Shown: positions 21,412 to 31,588 of the stretch, piece after piece
Numbering within the stretch: position 1 is the stretch's first letter
How the letters are laid out: each line of letters begins with the position of its first letter
DNA from: an uncultured Candidatus Saccharibacteria bacterium
Lineage (GTDB): Bacteria > Patescibacteriota > Saccharimonadia > Saccharimonadales > Saccharimonadaceae
Reading direction: 5' to 3'
DNA: 64,000 nucleotides
NCBI GenBank assembly: GCA_958399925.1
Contig: CATXOC010000001.1
Location: 176,733 to 240,732 of the forward strand
Position numbers and translations under genes: made by a program
The notes under the pieces: generated by a model
What the model was told of the DNA's origin: nothing
Database searches by the model: none
Seen by the model: only the letters and a program-made list of their open reading frames with translations

Positions 21412-21948
21412 ATGAGCCAAAATAAAAAACAGGAAGGTAACAAGGACTTGGATTTCCCAGGACAACATCCTGATGAGCATGTGTTGTTCACTTTTCATCA
21501 GCATATCATTGTGATGCGCAAGGGCTTTTATGCGATACTGTTGCTATTTTTACTGGGGTCGATTCCGTTTATGATCTGGCAGGATAATATAAACCTACTG
21601 TTTGGCCCGCTAATTGGTATGGGTCTAGGAATTCTGGTATTTTTTCATTACTGGATTGGCTGGCATTTTTCACTGTTTATTGTTACAAACGAACGGATAC
21701 GTCAGATTACTCAGAAGGGATTGTTTAATAGAACGGTGATTGATCTGAATTTGAATAAAGTTCAGAATATCAGCTATAATATACCAGGGATGACAGGTAG
21801 TATTTTTGGCTTTGGCACCTTAGTGCTGCAGACGATGGTCGGAAATATGATAATCGAGAAGGCGTCGCATTGCGAGCGAGTTTATAACGAGCTATCTGAT
21901 GCAGTGCGAGCGGCTGGTGGAATGGTTGATGCGGATAAAGAGGAGTAA
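21412..21948 (+). CDS. Membrane protein with a bacterial PH domain
   Basis: Two TMs, then IVTNERI...GLF...KVQNI...FGFGTL. Confidence 0.8.
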   Translation: MSQNKKQEGNKDLDFPGQHPDEHVLFTFHQHIIVMRKGFYAILLLFLLGSIPFMIWQDNINLLFGPLIGMGLGILVFFHYWIGWHFSLFIVTNERIRQITQKGLFNRTVIDLNLNKVQNISYNIPGMTGSIFGFGTLVLQTMVGNMIIEKASHCERVYNELSDAVRAAGGMVDADKEE

Positions 21949-21958
21949 TTGAGGAATA

Positions 21959-23080
21959 ATGTCGATTAAGGATAAAATTGCCGCGAAGACGGCGGCGCTA
22001 GCGGACAAGGCAAAGAAGTCGGACAAGATTATTAAGAATGCTCAGCGCAAGGCGCAGTCTATCTATATTACTAATGACAACATTTCAGAACATCGAGCTG
22101 AAATTTTAGCTCAGGGCAAAAAGTTTAAATATCCAGTGCAAGTGTCGCGCAAAAAGCTAATTGTCCGTGCGTTGATTATCTTGTTAGTGGCAGTTGCGAT
22201 TTTTGGCAGTGTGGTTGGCTGGCAACTGTATCGCTCGCAGTCGCTAGATGATCTATATTACAGCGTAACACGCGTTATGCCGTTGCCAGTCGCACGAGTA
22301 GACGGCTACAATGTACGCTACGATTCTTACCTGCGTCGCATTCGCTCAGACGTGCATTACTATAGATACCAAGAACGTCGCGATTTTAATAGCAACGAAG
22401 GTCGTAATGAACTAAATTATTATAAGCGTATAGAGCTTAAGTCTGTTGAGCGCGAGGCTTATGCGGCGAAGCTAGCTAAGGAAAAGAACATCACGGTGAC
22501 CGATGACGACGCGAACAAATTTATTGAACAACATCTAAAGGCTGAAAAATCTAGTAACGAAGAGCTACTGGCGACACTAAAGGATTACTATGGCTGGACG
22601 CGTGATGAATATGCAATGGTAGTAAAGGGTCAATTACTCGAAAAGAAGGTTGCATACCAAATTGATGCAGCAGCCAAACAGAAATTACAGAAGGTGCAGG
22701 CGGCGCTAAAGAACGAGGATTTCGTGACAGTAGCAGCGAAGTATAGTGACGACGAAGATAAAGCTGAAGCGACGCCAACTGCAGTCAGCGTAAATAATAC
22801 TAATGACCCAACCGACGTACTGAGCGCAGTGAAGCAGGTTAAAGATGGCGAAATCACCAAACCGATCCAAGTGAAGCTGGAAAACGGGGATTACTATTAT
22901 TATATTGCTAAGCGTATTGGTATCACTGACTCTGATGAGGGCGAACAAATGAATTATCTGCTGATTACCATCAAGCTAAAGCAGTTTACTTCTGACTTTA
23001 ACAAGCTGCAAAAAGACGGCAAGATCAAAGAATACATTAATATACCAAGCGAGCAGGCGACCAAGAAGAATAACAAATAA
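21959..23080 (+). CDS. SurA/PrsA-like membrane-anchored foldase (degenerate parvulin)
   Basis: TM, PVARVDG, FVTVAAKYSDD, GEITKPI. Confidence 0.75.
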   Translation: MSIKDKIAAKTAALADKAKKSDKIIKNAQRKAQSIYITNDNISEHRAEILAQGKKFKYPVQVSRKKLIVRALIILLVAVAIFGSVVGWQLYRSQSLDDLYYSVTRVMPLPVARVDGYNVRYDSYLRRIRSDVHYYRYQERRDFNSNEGRNELNYYKRIELKSVEREAYAAKLAKEKNITVTDDDANKFIEQHLKAEKSSNEELLATLKDYYGWTRDEYAMVVKGQLLEKKVAYQIDAAAKQKLQKVQAALKNEDFVTVAAKYSDDEDKAEATPTAVSVNNTNDPTDVLSAVKQVKDGEITKPIQVKLENGDYYYYIAKRIGITDSDEGEQMNYLLITIKLKQFTSDFNKLQKDGKIKEYINIPSEQATKKNNK

Positions 23081-23227
23081 TTGTCGTCGACTGCCTTGGC
23101 TGTCATAGATTGCTATATGACAGTGTGTTTTTTGCACTGCAACGAGGCAAATGTTAACCAGCTAGCTAAATTTATAGTATTTCCTTGCAATGCTATCGAA
23201 AATTTGTTATATTAGGTTGTAGCTGAT

Positions 23228-23304
23228 GCGCTCGTGGTGCAGTTGGTTAACACGTCGCCCTGTCACGGCGAAGACCGCCAGTTCGAGTCTGGTCGAGCGC
23301 GCCA
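23228..23304 (+). tRNA. tRNA-Asp(GTC)
   Basis: Cloverleaf, anticodon loop CTGTCAC, encoded CCA. Confidence 0.96.
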
Positions 23305-23388
23305 GGAAATTATTTACCACCCGTTAGGGTGGTATTTATTTACTAGAATCAACAAAACGTTGCTACGCTATGCTATAATATAAATAGC

Positions 23389-23465
23389 GCCACCTTAGCT
23401 CAGTTGGCTAGAGCATCGCTTTCGTAAAGCGGGGGTCTGGGGTTCGAATCCCCAAGGTGGCTCCA
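23389..23465 (+). tRNA. tRNA-Thr(CGT)
   Basis: Cloverleaf, anticodon loop TTCGTAA, encoded CCA. Confidence 0.95.
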
Positions 23466-23481
23466 GAACATTATCTAATTT

Positions 23482-23555
23482 GCGGGTGTAGTACAGCGGT
23501 AGTATATAACCTTCCCAAGGTTGAGATCGGAGTTCGACTCTCCGCACCCGCACCA
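23482..23555 (+). tRNA. tRNA-Gly(CCC)
   Basis: Cloverleaf, anticodon loop TTCCCAA, encoded CCA. Confidence 0.95.
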
Positions 23556-23572
23556 ATTTGTTGAACGAAATT

Positions 23573-24013
23573 ATGGTAAAACCTAAGATTACAGAGCAAG
23601 AGGCGCGCAATACGCCTAACAAGCACCAGTATTTAGCTGAAGCTAAAGCTGCTGCACAGGATGCAATACACAGTAAGTTCTTTGTATGCCTCGTCTTGAT
23701 TAGCTTTATTCAGATGCTGGTGCTGTTTATTATTACTGTTGTACATATTCAGCCAGGCCTTACGATTAAAACGCATTGGGACTTGATTGGTGCTGCCGAC
23801 CCGGTCGGGCAGTTCGAGAAGCCTTGGTATTATGTGTTTAACTTTGTGGCTTTGCCTATTGTCTTCTTTGTTATTAATGTCGCAGTAGCGCTGAAGCTGC
23901 TCGCAGCGCGTGGTCGTCAATTGGCACTATGCTGGCTATGGCTAATGGTACTAGTTGGACTAGTGGTAGTAGTACTAAGCAGTGCCTTTATCTTAAAGGC
24001 TGCAGCAGTTTAA
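23573..24013 (+). CDS. Hypothetical three-TM membrane protein
   Basis: Three hydrophobic segments; first ATG at 23573; 9 nt upstream of the GT2 gene. Confidence 0.7.
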   Translation: MVKPKITEQEARNTPNKHQYLAEAKAAAQDAIHSKFFVCLVLISFIQMLVLFIITVVHIQPGLTIKTHWDLIGAADPVGQFEKPWYYVFNFVALPIVFFVINVAVALKLLAARGRQLALCWLWLMVLVGLVVVVLSSAFILKAAAV

Positions 24014-24022
24014 CGGAGTTTA

Positions 24023-25672
24023 GTGATGACAGATATCGAGATACCCCTCGGAAAACGTACTAAACTATATCGCTTTTTCGAGATGTTGCCGGGCATGTTG
24101 TCGATTGGTGCGGTTGTACTATTGATTGTTCTTAGCCTGCTTAGCCCAACTATTGCAGCGATCTATATTCTAGTGCTGGTGATTATTATGTTTGTGCGAG
24201 CTTTTGGTACAGCCTATCGGACAATTCAGGGTCGCCGCAGTCTTATGAAGAGCGAGCAAGTTGATTGGGCGAAGCGTTTAGCTGATCTAAGTCATCCGAT
24301 TAAGTCGCTAAAAGAGTACGAGCAGCTAGACGCCAAGACACGTCGGGCGGATTATAAGCTATCAGAGCACCTGCAAGTATTGCAGAATTTAGCAGAACAT
24401 AAGGCGGATTATCCGACTGCCAAGCAGACAATCAACGTTTGTATGATTGCTTTTTATAATGAAAGCTATGAAATACTGGGGTCAACACTAAAAAACTTAT
24501 CTGAGGCTGACTACGATATCGCTCACAACTTAATTGTTGTAATTGCCTATGAACAGCGTGGTGGTGCAGCGGCACTCAAGACGGTAGAGCAGATTGAAAA
24601 ACATTGGACTGGTGTCTTTCGCGATCTTATTTTTGTCGAGCATCCAGCTAATCTGCCAGATGAAGTGGTTGGCAAGGGTGCAAATTTGGTTTACGCTGGC
24701 CATGAGCTAGTGAAGTATGTGCGTCGCCACCACATTGATCTAAAAAATGTCATTGTCACCAGTATGGATTCGGACAACCGCCCGGACAAGAAATATTTTG
24801 CCTATTTGACTTATGAGTGGATTATCACCCCAGACCGCCAGCAAGTAGCCTTCCAGCCGATTTGCCTGTTTAATAACAATCTATGGGACGTGCCGGCGCC
24901 AATGCGTGTCGTGGCGACTTCTAACTCGTTCTGGAACGTTATTTCGTCGATGCGACCAAATATACTGCGTAATTTTGCCTCGCATGCTCAGGGATTATGG
25001 GCGCTAGAGCAGATGGGCTTTTGGTCAAAGCGTACAATCGTCGAAGACGGTCACCAGTATTGGCGTAGCTACTTCTTCTTTGACGGACATTACCGTGTAG
25101 TACCGCTAAGGATTGGCATTGGTCAAGATGCGGTGCTGTCAGACACGTTTAAGAAAACGTTAAAAGCGCAGTTTATTCAATTGAGGCGTTGGGCGTATGG
25201 CGCGTCAGATGTTGCTTATGTAGCAACTATGGGGCTGAAAAAGGACTGCAAGTGCCCGAAGCCAGACTTACTGGGGCGATTTGGCCGCCTGTTAGAAGGG
25301 CATGTGTCTCAAGCTTGTATGGCGCCAATTGTTGGTTTTGGTGCCTTTGCGCCGATATTCCTAAATCCAATTGCTGCACATAACAGTATTATTGCGAATG
25401 ACCTGCCATTAATTGTGTCATATGTACAAAAGATTGCTGTGATAGGGCTATTTGTAACTGTGATAACTTCGCTATCGTTACTGCCACCACGTCCTAAGCG
25501 CTACAAGAAGACGCGCAATATCTTTATGATTTTACAATGGGTGCTAATGCCAGTTACGGCGATTGTCTACACGTCGATGTCTGCATATGTAGCACAATGG
25601 AAACTATTAACTGGACATTACCTTGTTAAATTTGATGTTACTGAGAAAGCTGTAAAGAAGACTAGTAAATAG
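24023..25672 (+). CDS. Membrane glycosyltransferase family 2
   Basis: GKGAN, DSD (DxD), IVED and QLRRW processive GT2 motifs; N- and C-terminal TMs. Confidence 0.9.
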   Translation: MMTDIEIPLGKRTKLYRFFEMLPGMLSIGAVVLLIVLSLLSPTIAAIYILVLVIIMFVRAFGTAYRTIQGRRSLMKSEQVDWAKRLADLSHPIKSLKEYEQLDAKTRRADYKLSEHLQVLQNLAEHKADYPTAKQTINVCMIAFYNESYEILGSTLKNLSEADYDIAHNLIVVIAYEQRGGAAALKTVEQIEKHWTGVFRDLIFVEHPANLPDEVVGKGANLVYAGHELVKYVRRHHIDLKNVIVTSMDSDNRPDKKYFAYLTYEWIITPDRQQVAFQPICLFNNNLWDVPAPMRVVATSNSFWNVISSMRPNILRNFASHAQGLWALEQMGFWSKRTIVEDGHQYWRSYFFFDGHYRVVPLRIGIGQDAVLSDTFKKTLKAQFIQLRRWAYGASDVAYVATMGLKKDCKCPKPDLLGRFGRLLEGHVSQACMAPIVGFGAFAPIFLNPIAAHNSIIANDLPLIVSYVQKIAVIGLFVTVITSLSLLPPRPKRYKKTRNIFMILQWVLMPVTAIVYTSMSAYVAQWKLLTGHYLVKFDVTEKAVKKTSK

Positions 25673-25689
25673 TCGATAGATAGCCAAAC

Positions 25690-25922
25690 TAAAACCCGCC
25701 ACTTTAGGATTTCTCCTGCTGGGGCGGGTAAACTTTATCTTCTAGTTTTTTGACGTTCCTGAGATACTTCTTGATCTACGGGGAGATGTGAGATCAAGAT
25801 AAACCATGGCTCTCGCAGTTGCTATGGTTTATATCGGGCTGTTTACAAGCCTTCAAAGTAAATGTGGAACTGTGCTAGCCGAGAACTTTTAGTTCTGAGC
25901 TGTGGTTGCTTTTTCATAAACC
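25690..25922 (-). ncRNA. Candidate structured small RNA or sORF transcript
   Basis: Minus-strand TTGACG-17-TATAAT promoter (25957-25929), tandem hairpins and a terminator-like stem; contains 24-aa ORF 25917-25843. Confidence 0.45.
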
Positions 25923-26071
25923 TTTTTTATTATAACAAAAGCGTGATTCTGCGTCAACTATGTACTACGATACATGATATATCATAGCGTGCATAAAGTG
26001 ACGTAAAACAGGGTGAAATATCTGTGGAAAACTATGTGTGTAAAAGCTACTTATGGTAAAATAAGGCTATT

Positions 26072-26626
26072 ATGACTGGTCAAAAGATAAACAAAAATAG
26101 CAATAGAGCAGAGGGGTTTACAATTGTTGAGGTTGGCTTGGTGTTGGCACTGGGCGCATTAATTTTTCTATCAGTATTTCTAGTTGTACCAGCGTTTCAG
26201 CGTAATGCACGTGATAACGCTCGCAAGGACGACGTGGCGGCGGTGGCTAATGCGGTATCGAAGTTTTACGCCAACGACCCATCAAATATTTTGAGTAATC
26301 CGAATGATCTACGTAAATATTTAAACGATTTTTCTAGTGACAGTTCATTATCTGTGCGTAGTACATGTGCTACAACTGCCACGGGGTTAATGCACGGTGG
26401 TCAGCTTGACTATGATCAAATCTTGGTCTGTAGTGGCTATCGTTGTAAGACCGATGGTGCTACGCAGGTCAATGGTGGTGGCTCAGCGGATGATTCAAAA
26501 GCTATGATTGAAGAATCCGGCGAGCGTTCGGCGGCTGTCTTAACTCGCCTTGAATCGGGTGACGCTAAGCAGGATCGGACTGACGGTAAGGCTCAGGGCT
26601 ATTGTCAAAGTGTAGGCGAGAATTAA
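26072..26626 (+). CDS. Second major-type type IV pilin (paralog of 14949)
   Basis: EG|FTIVEVGLVLALGALIFLSVFLVVPAFQRNARDNARKDD closely matches the 14949 pilin N-terminus. Confidence 0.88.
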   Translation: MTGQKINKNSNRAEGFTIVEVGLVLALGALIFLSVFLVVPAFQRNARDNARKDDVAAVANAVSKFYANDPSNILSNPNDLRKYLNDFSSDSSLSVRSTCATTATGLMHGGQLDYDQILVCSGYRCKTDGATQVNGGGSADDSKAMIEESGERSAAVLTRLESGDAKQDRTDGKAQGYCQSVGEN

Positions 26627-26639
26627 TACACTGATATCA

Positions 26640-26900
26640 ATGAATAGAGACGGCTATTATAAAGATATTGTAGATGCAGCGCGGCGACCAACCAATAACC
26701 AGCTACTGGATATGGCGCACGCGGCAGGCGGTTATATGAGCAGTAAGGTTGGCTATAGCCCCGATAAAGTTGCTTTGCTCGAGGCTATCAGTCATGTTGA
26801 TTCTCCTATTGAAGAATTGAACTATATCCGCCGTCGTCTAGATATTATTAATCCGTGCGATGACCTTTATCAATGGGAAGACTTGATTAAGTTAAAATAA
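26640..26900 (+). CDS. Hypothetical protein
   Basis: 86-aa ORF 13 nt after the second pilin. Confidence 0.55.
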   Translation: MNRDGYYKDIVDAARRPTNNQLLDMAHAAGGYMSSKVGYSPDKVALLEAISHVDSPIEELNYIRRRLDIINPCDDLYQWEDLIKLK

Positions 26901-26925
26901 ACTGCTAATATATAACCAGTCTCAT

Positions 26926-27002
26926 GGGTCGGTAGCTCAGTTGGCTAGAGCGCGTCCTTGACGTGGACGAGGTCAGGAGTTCGAGACTCTTTCGACCCAC
27001 CA
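26926..27002 (+). tRNA. tRNA-Val(GAC)
   Basis: Cloverleaf, anticodon loop TTGACGT, encoded CCA. Confidence 0.95.
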
Positions 27003-27063
27003 GAGATATTATAGAGACTCCATGCCCCGTAGTAACGGGGCTTTTTAGTGCTATAATATAAGC

Positions 27064-28890
27064 ATGAATCAAGAAAATATGAATAAAGTACGTCATAGTC
27101 TTGCACACGTACTAGCGGCTGCCGTGAAGCGTCTATATGGCAACGATGTCAAACTGGGCGTTGGACCAGCCATTGAAGATGGCTTTTATTACGATATGGA
27201 CTTAGGCGACCAGCACTTAGTCAACGAAGATTTGCCTAAAATCGAAGCAGAAATGCGCAAAATTATTGCTGAGAAGCAGGATTTTACCGTGGTAACTAAG
27301 ACCGTTGCAGAGGCTGAGCAGTGGGCGAAGGACAACAATCAGCCGTACAAGCTAGAGCTAATCGAGGATTTCAAACAAAACGGCACCACGAAAGTATCGG
27401 GCAAAGAAGAATCGTCCGATCATAACCATATGACCTTCTATACGAACGGCGATTTCACTGATCTTTGCCGAGGCGGTCACGTAGCGAATACTAGTGAAAT
27501 TCCGGCCGACGCCTTTAAGCTGACTAGGATTGCAGGTGCTTACTGGCGTGGCGACGAGACGCGTCCAATGATGCAACGCGTTTATGGCGTGGCTTTTGCT
27601 GATAAGGCTGAGCTAAACGATTATCTAAAACGCCAGGAAGAGGCAAAGCAACGCGACCATCGTAAATTAGGTAAGGAACTCGATCTGTATGTGACTAGCG
27701 ACATGGTGGGTGCGGGTCTGCCGATCTTTACCCCACGTGGTACAGTGCTACGCGAAGAGTTAGCAAAAGTATCGAACGAATTGCGTGAGGATATTGGCTT
27801 TCAAAAGGTCTGGACACCTAATATGACTAAGAAGGAGCTATATGAGGCTTCTGGGCACTGGGCTAAGTTCGGGGATGAGCTGTTTCTGGTTAAATCACAG
27901 GAAACCAGCGATCATTTTGTGCTCAAACCGATGAATTGTCCGCACCACACACGTATTTTCGCTAGTCGTACTCGTTCTTATCGGGATATGCCACAGCGCT
28001 ATCTAGAGACTACAACTGATTATCGCGATGAAAAGTCCGGCGAGCTAGGCGGTTTGAGCCGTGTTCGTGCACTTACACAGGATGACTCGCACGATTTTGT
28101 ACGCCCAGACCAGATTGAGTCGGAAATTGCCAATCTACTAGACTGTGTACAAAAATTATATTCACTAGTCAACATGAAACTAAGGGTACGCTTGAGTTAT
28201 CGCGACGACTCTGATCACTACTTAGGGTCGGATGAGTTATGGGAGTCGGCGCAGAAACAGCTAAAGGCGGCAGTGCTAAAGCTTGGTCTAGATTATTACG
28301 AGCAGGAGGGCGAGGCGGCCTTCTATGGTCCAAAGATTGACTTCATGGCAACTGATGCCTTGGGTCGTGAGCACCAGCTAGCGACAGCCCAGCTAGACTT
28401 TGTACAGCCAGAGCGCTTCCGTCTAGAATATACGACGGAGGATGGCGGTAAAGGTCAGCCGGTGATGATTCACTGTGCGCTATTAGGCTCAATTGAGCGT
28501 TTTCTATCGGTTTACATCGAGCATACGGCAGGTAAGTTCCCAGTCTGGAATGCCCCAGAGCAGCTACGTATTGTCAAGGTAAAGGATGATCCGGCGATTG
28601 ATAAACTACTAGACGATTTGACGTCAGCAGCGCACAAAGCACGCATTCGTTTCACCGTTGACGACAGCAATAATACGATTGGCAAGAAGGTGCGGGCTGC
28701 CGTTGCCTACAAAGTGCCATACGTAGTAGTGCTTGGCGACCGTGAGGCGGAGTCTGGTAAGGTTGGTGTTCGTATTCGCCAAGATCTAGTTGGTGAAGGT
28801 ACGGATGAAAAGGCAACCTTTACAGTCAACGAGCTAGTCGACGCTATCAAACGTGAACACGATGAGCGTTTGAAAGTTTCAACGCTGTAG
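27064..28890 (+). CDS. thrS: Threonine--tRNA ligase (no N-terminal TGS domain)
   Basis: RHSLAH, DLCRGGH, GAYWRGD, RDHRKLG, KPMNCP, AFYGPKID. Confidence 0.97.
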   Translation: MNQENMNKVRHSLAHVLAAAVKRLYGNDVKLGVGPAIEDGFYYDMDLGDQHLVNEDLPKIEAEMRKIIAEKQDFTVVTKTVAEAEQWAKDNNQPYKLELIEDFKQNGTTKVSGKEESSDHNHMTFYTNGDFTDLCRGGHVANTSEIPADAFKLTRIAGAYWRGDETRPMMQRVYGVAFADKAELNDYLKRQEEAKQRDHRKLGKELDLYVTSDMVGAGLPIFTPRGTVLREELAKVSNELREDIGFQKVWTPNMTKKELYEASGHWAKFGDELFLVKSQETSDHFVLKPMNCPHHTRIFASRTRSYRDMPQRYLETTTDYRDEKSGELGGLSRVRALTQDDSHDFVRPDQIESEIANLLDCVQKLYSLVNMKLRVRLSYRDDSDHYLGSDELWESAQKQLKAAVLKLGLDYYEQEGEAAFYGPKIDFMATDALGREHQLATAQLDFVQPERFRLEYTTEDGGKGQPVMIHCALLGSIERFLSVYIEHTAGKFPVWNAPEQLRIVKVKDDPAIDKLLDDLTSAAHKARIRFTVDDSNNTIGKKVRAAVAYKVPYVVVLGDREAESGKVGVRIRQDLVGEGTDEKATFTVNELVDAIKREHDERLKVSTL

Positions 28891-28964
28891 AGTGGTAATG
28901 TGTTCTATAATAGCCTTCAGCTAAATACGCTGAAGGCTATTATATTGCTTGGTATAATAGAGAC

Positions 28965-29870
28965 ATGAAAGAAAATGCGTCATTGCCGTTGATGGTAATT
29001 TTGGGTCCGACGGCTAGCGGTAAGTCGGCGGTGGCAATTCAGCTTGCCAAGGCTTTGGATGGTGAAATTATTTGCGCAGATAGTCGGACGGTGTACAAAG
29101 GTATGGATGTTGGTACAGCTAAGCCGATGCCCGATGAAATGCAGGGTGTGCCGCATTGGGGGCTGGATTTAATTGAACCCGATCAACGTTTTACGTTGTA
29201 CGATTTTCAACAATATGTTTGGCATAAAATTGATGAAATACGGTCGCGCGGTCACATACCGATGCTAGTCGGTGGCAGTGGCCTTTATATTGACTGTATT
29301 TTATACAACTATAATTTAACTAATAATGATGTAGATTTAGCTAAGCGCGCGGCGCTCGAAAGGTTGTCTGCAGATGAGCTGGTGCGGAAAATACAGCAAC
29401 AAGGCCTAGAGCTGCCGCGTGATATACACAACAAAAGGCGTCTAGTGCGCGCGTTAGAGCTTGGTAAAATTAACCACGATCGCTCTGTGCGGCGTGGTGA
29501 TGCGATTGTAGTAGGAATTAAAACGGATCTAGTAACGCTGAAGCAACGCATCGCTGACCGGGGTGTAGTTATGTTAGAACGGGGGCTAATAGACGAAGTT
29601 AAAATGCTGGATAGTCGCTACGGCGACGTAGAGCCGCTGAAGCGCAATATCTATGGCGTAGTTAAAAAATATCTGCGTGGTGAAATTGACTATAACCAAA
29701 TTCCAGTTGGAATTGCAAAAGTCGACTATCACTTGGCGCGCAAACAGCTGACCTATTGGCGTGGTGCTGCACGCGCTAAAGATATATGGTGGCTACCTCT
29801 GTCAAGTGTTGACGAATTAGCAACATATAACAGTAGCGAGATAATGAAAATGTACCTAAATAATATTTGA
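28965..29870 (+). CDS. miaA: tRNA dimethylallyltransferase
   Basis: GPTASGKS, ADSRTVYKGMDVGTAKP, VGGSGLY. Confidence 0.95.
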   Translation: MKENASLPLMVILGPTASGKSAVAIQLAKALDGEIICADSRTVYKGMDVGTAKPMPDEMQGVPHWGLDLIEPDQRFTLYDFQQYVWHKIDEIRSRGHIPMLVGGSGLYIDCILYNYNLTNNDVDLAKRAALERLSADELVRKIQQQGLELPRDIHNKRRLVRALELGKINHDRSVRRGDAIVVGIKTDLVTLKQRIADRGVVMLERGLIDEVKMLDSRYGDVEPLKRNIYGVVKKYLRGEIDYNQIPVGIAKVDYHLARKQLTYWRGAARAKDIWWLPLSSVDELATYNSSEIMKMYLNNI

Positions 29871-29918
29871 ACAACTATCTGTAATTGTGGTATCATATTA
29901 ACAGGAGTAAAAATACAA

Positions 29919-30569
29919 ATGATCGATTCACTATTTGGCTCACGCACCAGAGTAAAGCTACTCGGATTGTTTATGAACAATCCAGGGCGGTCGTTTTATG
30001 TACGCGAAATTACCCGCAATATTGGTGAACAAATTAACAGTGTGCGGCGCGAATTAGCCAACTTAGTGGAAATTGGCATTATCAAATCTAACTCAGTCGA
30101 TAATCGTCTGTATTACGAAGTTGATACGAAATTTAAATTTTATAAGCCACTGCGTGAAATGTTTGCCGACGAGGACGATGTGGTGTCTGGTGCAAAGGTA
30201 TCGGCGGCTGCTTGGGCTGATAAGTTTCGTGGTGTGGATGGCGTAAAGGAAGTAATCTTTGCTGGTTGCATGGTATACGAGTCAAAGTCGCCAATCGATC
30301 TACTGGTTGCAGGCGACCGCAAGATGAGTCAGGCTAAATTAAAGAATTTGATCAGACAGTTAGAACGCGAAAATGGCGCATCGTTAAATTACTCGATCCT
30401 TAGCTACGATGATTTCTATTATCGTTTAAGTATACGCGACAAGTTTGTATTAGATGTGCTAGAATCGAATCATACAAATGTGCTGGATGAAGCAGGGATA
30501 TTGGGCGAATTCCCTGGGGTGGACGAGAAGACAGTAGATAATAACCCTAAGGAAGAGGAGGATGAATAA
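29919..30569 (+). CDS. Winged-helix regulator with a degenerate nucleotidyltransferase-like C-terminus
   Basis: LFGSRTRVKLL...YVREITR...SVRRELANL helix-turn-helix; SPIDLLVAGD. Confidence 0.7.
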   Translation: MIDSLFGSRTRVKLLGLFMNNPGRSFYVREITRNIGEQINSVRRELANLVEIGIIKSNSVDNRLYYEVDTKFKFYKPLREMFADEDDVVSGAKVSAAAWADKFRGVDGVKEVIFAGCMVYESKSPIDLLVAGDRKMSQAKLKNLIRQLERENGASLNYSILSYDDFYYRLSIRDKFVLDVLESNHTNVLDEAGILGEFPGVDEKTVDNNPKEEEDE

Positions 30570-31216
30570 TGGAAATTGATTATAGGGGTGCCAATTGCGT
30601 TGTAATTAAATTAAAGGATGCAACAATTGTAACTGACCCCACGCCAAATGTAAGCGTTAAGAAAGAATTGGATGATCCAAGCACTGTAGTACTGGCGACA
30701 CAGCCAAGTTTTGCGCCAGCCGAGGATAGTGTAAAGAGCTTTATTATCGATATGCCGGGCGAATACGAGCATAAAGATATTAGCGTGCGCGGCATTCCGG
30801 CTAAAGCGCACCTAGCGAGCGATGAAAATGCGCAGGACGCGACTATGTATAGTATTCATGTCAACGGGCTAAGAATTGCAGTGATTGGCCATACAGTAGC
30901 GCCGATTGAAGATGACGACTTAGAAGATCTAGGTCTAATTGATATTGCGATTATTCCGGTTGGCGGTAACGGCTACACGCTAGATGCTCGCGATGCGGCG
31001 GCAATTGTACGCAAAATTAATCCTGCACCAAAAATTGTCATTCCAACTCATTACGATGATGGCGTAACAAAATATGAAGTGACACAGGATGGTCTGGCGG
31101 TATTCGAGAAAGAATGGGGCGGCAATGTCGAAAAGCAAACGGCATTAAAGTTAAAGGATATCAGCAAGCTATCACCAGACAAAACAACTGTGGTAGAGTT
31201 GACGGTTAGCAAATAA
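30569..31216 (+). CDS. Metallo-beta-lactamase fold protein (degenerate metal site)
   Basis: IVTDP, PGEYE, IPVGG, VIPTHY; no HxHxDH motif. Confidence 0.8.
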   Translation: MEIDYRGANCVVIKLKDATIVTDPTPNVSVKKELDDPSTVVLATQPSFAPAEDSVKSFIIDMPGEYEHKDISVRGIPAKAHLASDENAQDATMYSIHVNGLRIAVIGHTVAPIEDDDLEDLGLIDIAIIPVGGNGYTLDARDAAAIVRKINPAPKIVIPTHYDDGVTKYEVTQDGLAVFEKEWGGNVEKQTALKLKDISKLSPDKTTVVELTVSK

Positions 31217-31261
31217 ATCTGTATAATACTACTGAGTAATTTATAAAGGAGATATTTTAAT

Positions 31262-31468
31262 ATGGCACGATGTCAAATTACCGGTAAAGGTGCAATGACT
31301 GGCAATAATGTCAGCTTCTCAATGCGCCATACCAAGCGTACCTTCAAGCCAAACCTACAGAAAAAGACTTTCTACGTCAATGGTCAGAAGGTAAAACTGC
31401 TAGTTGCCGCTAGTACCATTAAGACTCTGCGCAAGAAGGGTTTTGTCGCTCAGCCAACCGCTGAATAA
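31262..31468 (+). CDS. rpmB: 50S ribosomal protein L28
   Basis: [26 protein letters not shown]. Confidence 0.96.
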   Translation: MARCQITGKGAMTGNNVSFSMRHTKRTFKPNLQKKTFYVNGQKVKLLVAASTIKTLRKKGFVAQPTAE

Positions 31469-31588
31469 TGACATGGCGACATAAATAAGCCCCAGCTGAT
31501 TGGCTGGGACTTATTTTATTCTAGACAGTTTTTGATATGTCACGGCGTCTCGATGATTTCGCTTGGGCTGTGCTAAAATATAACTAGT

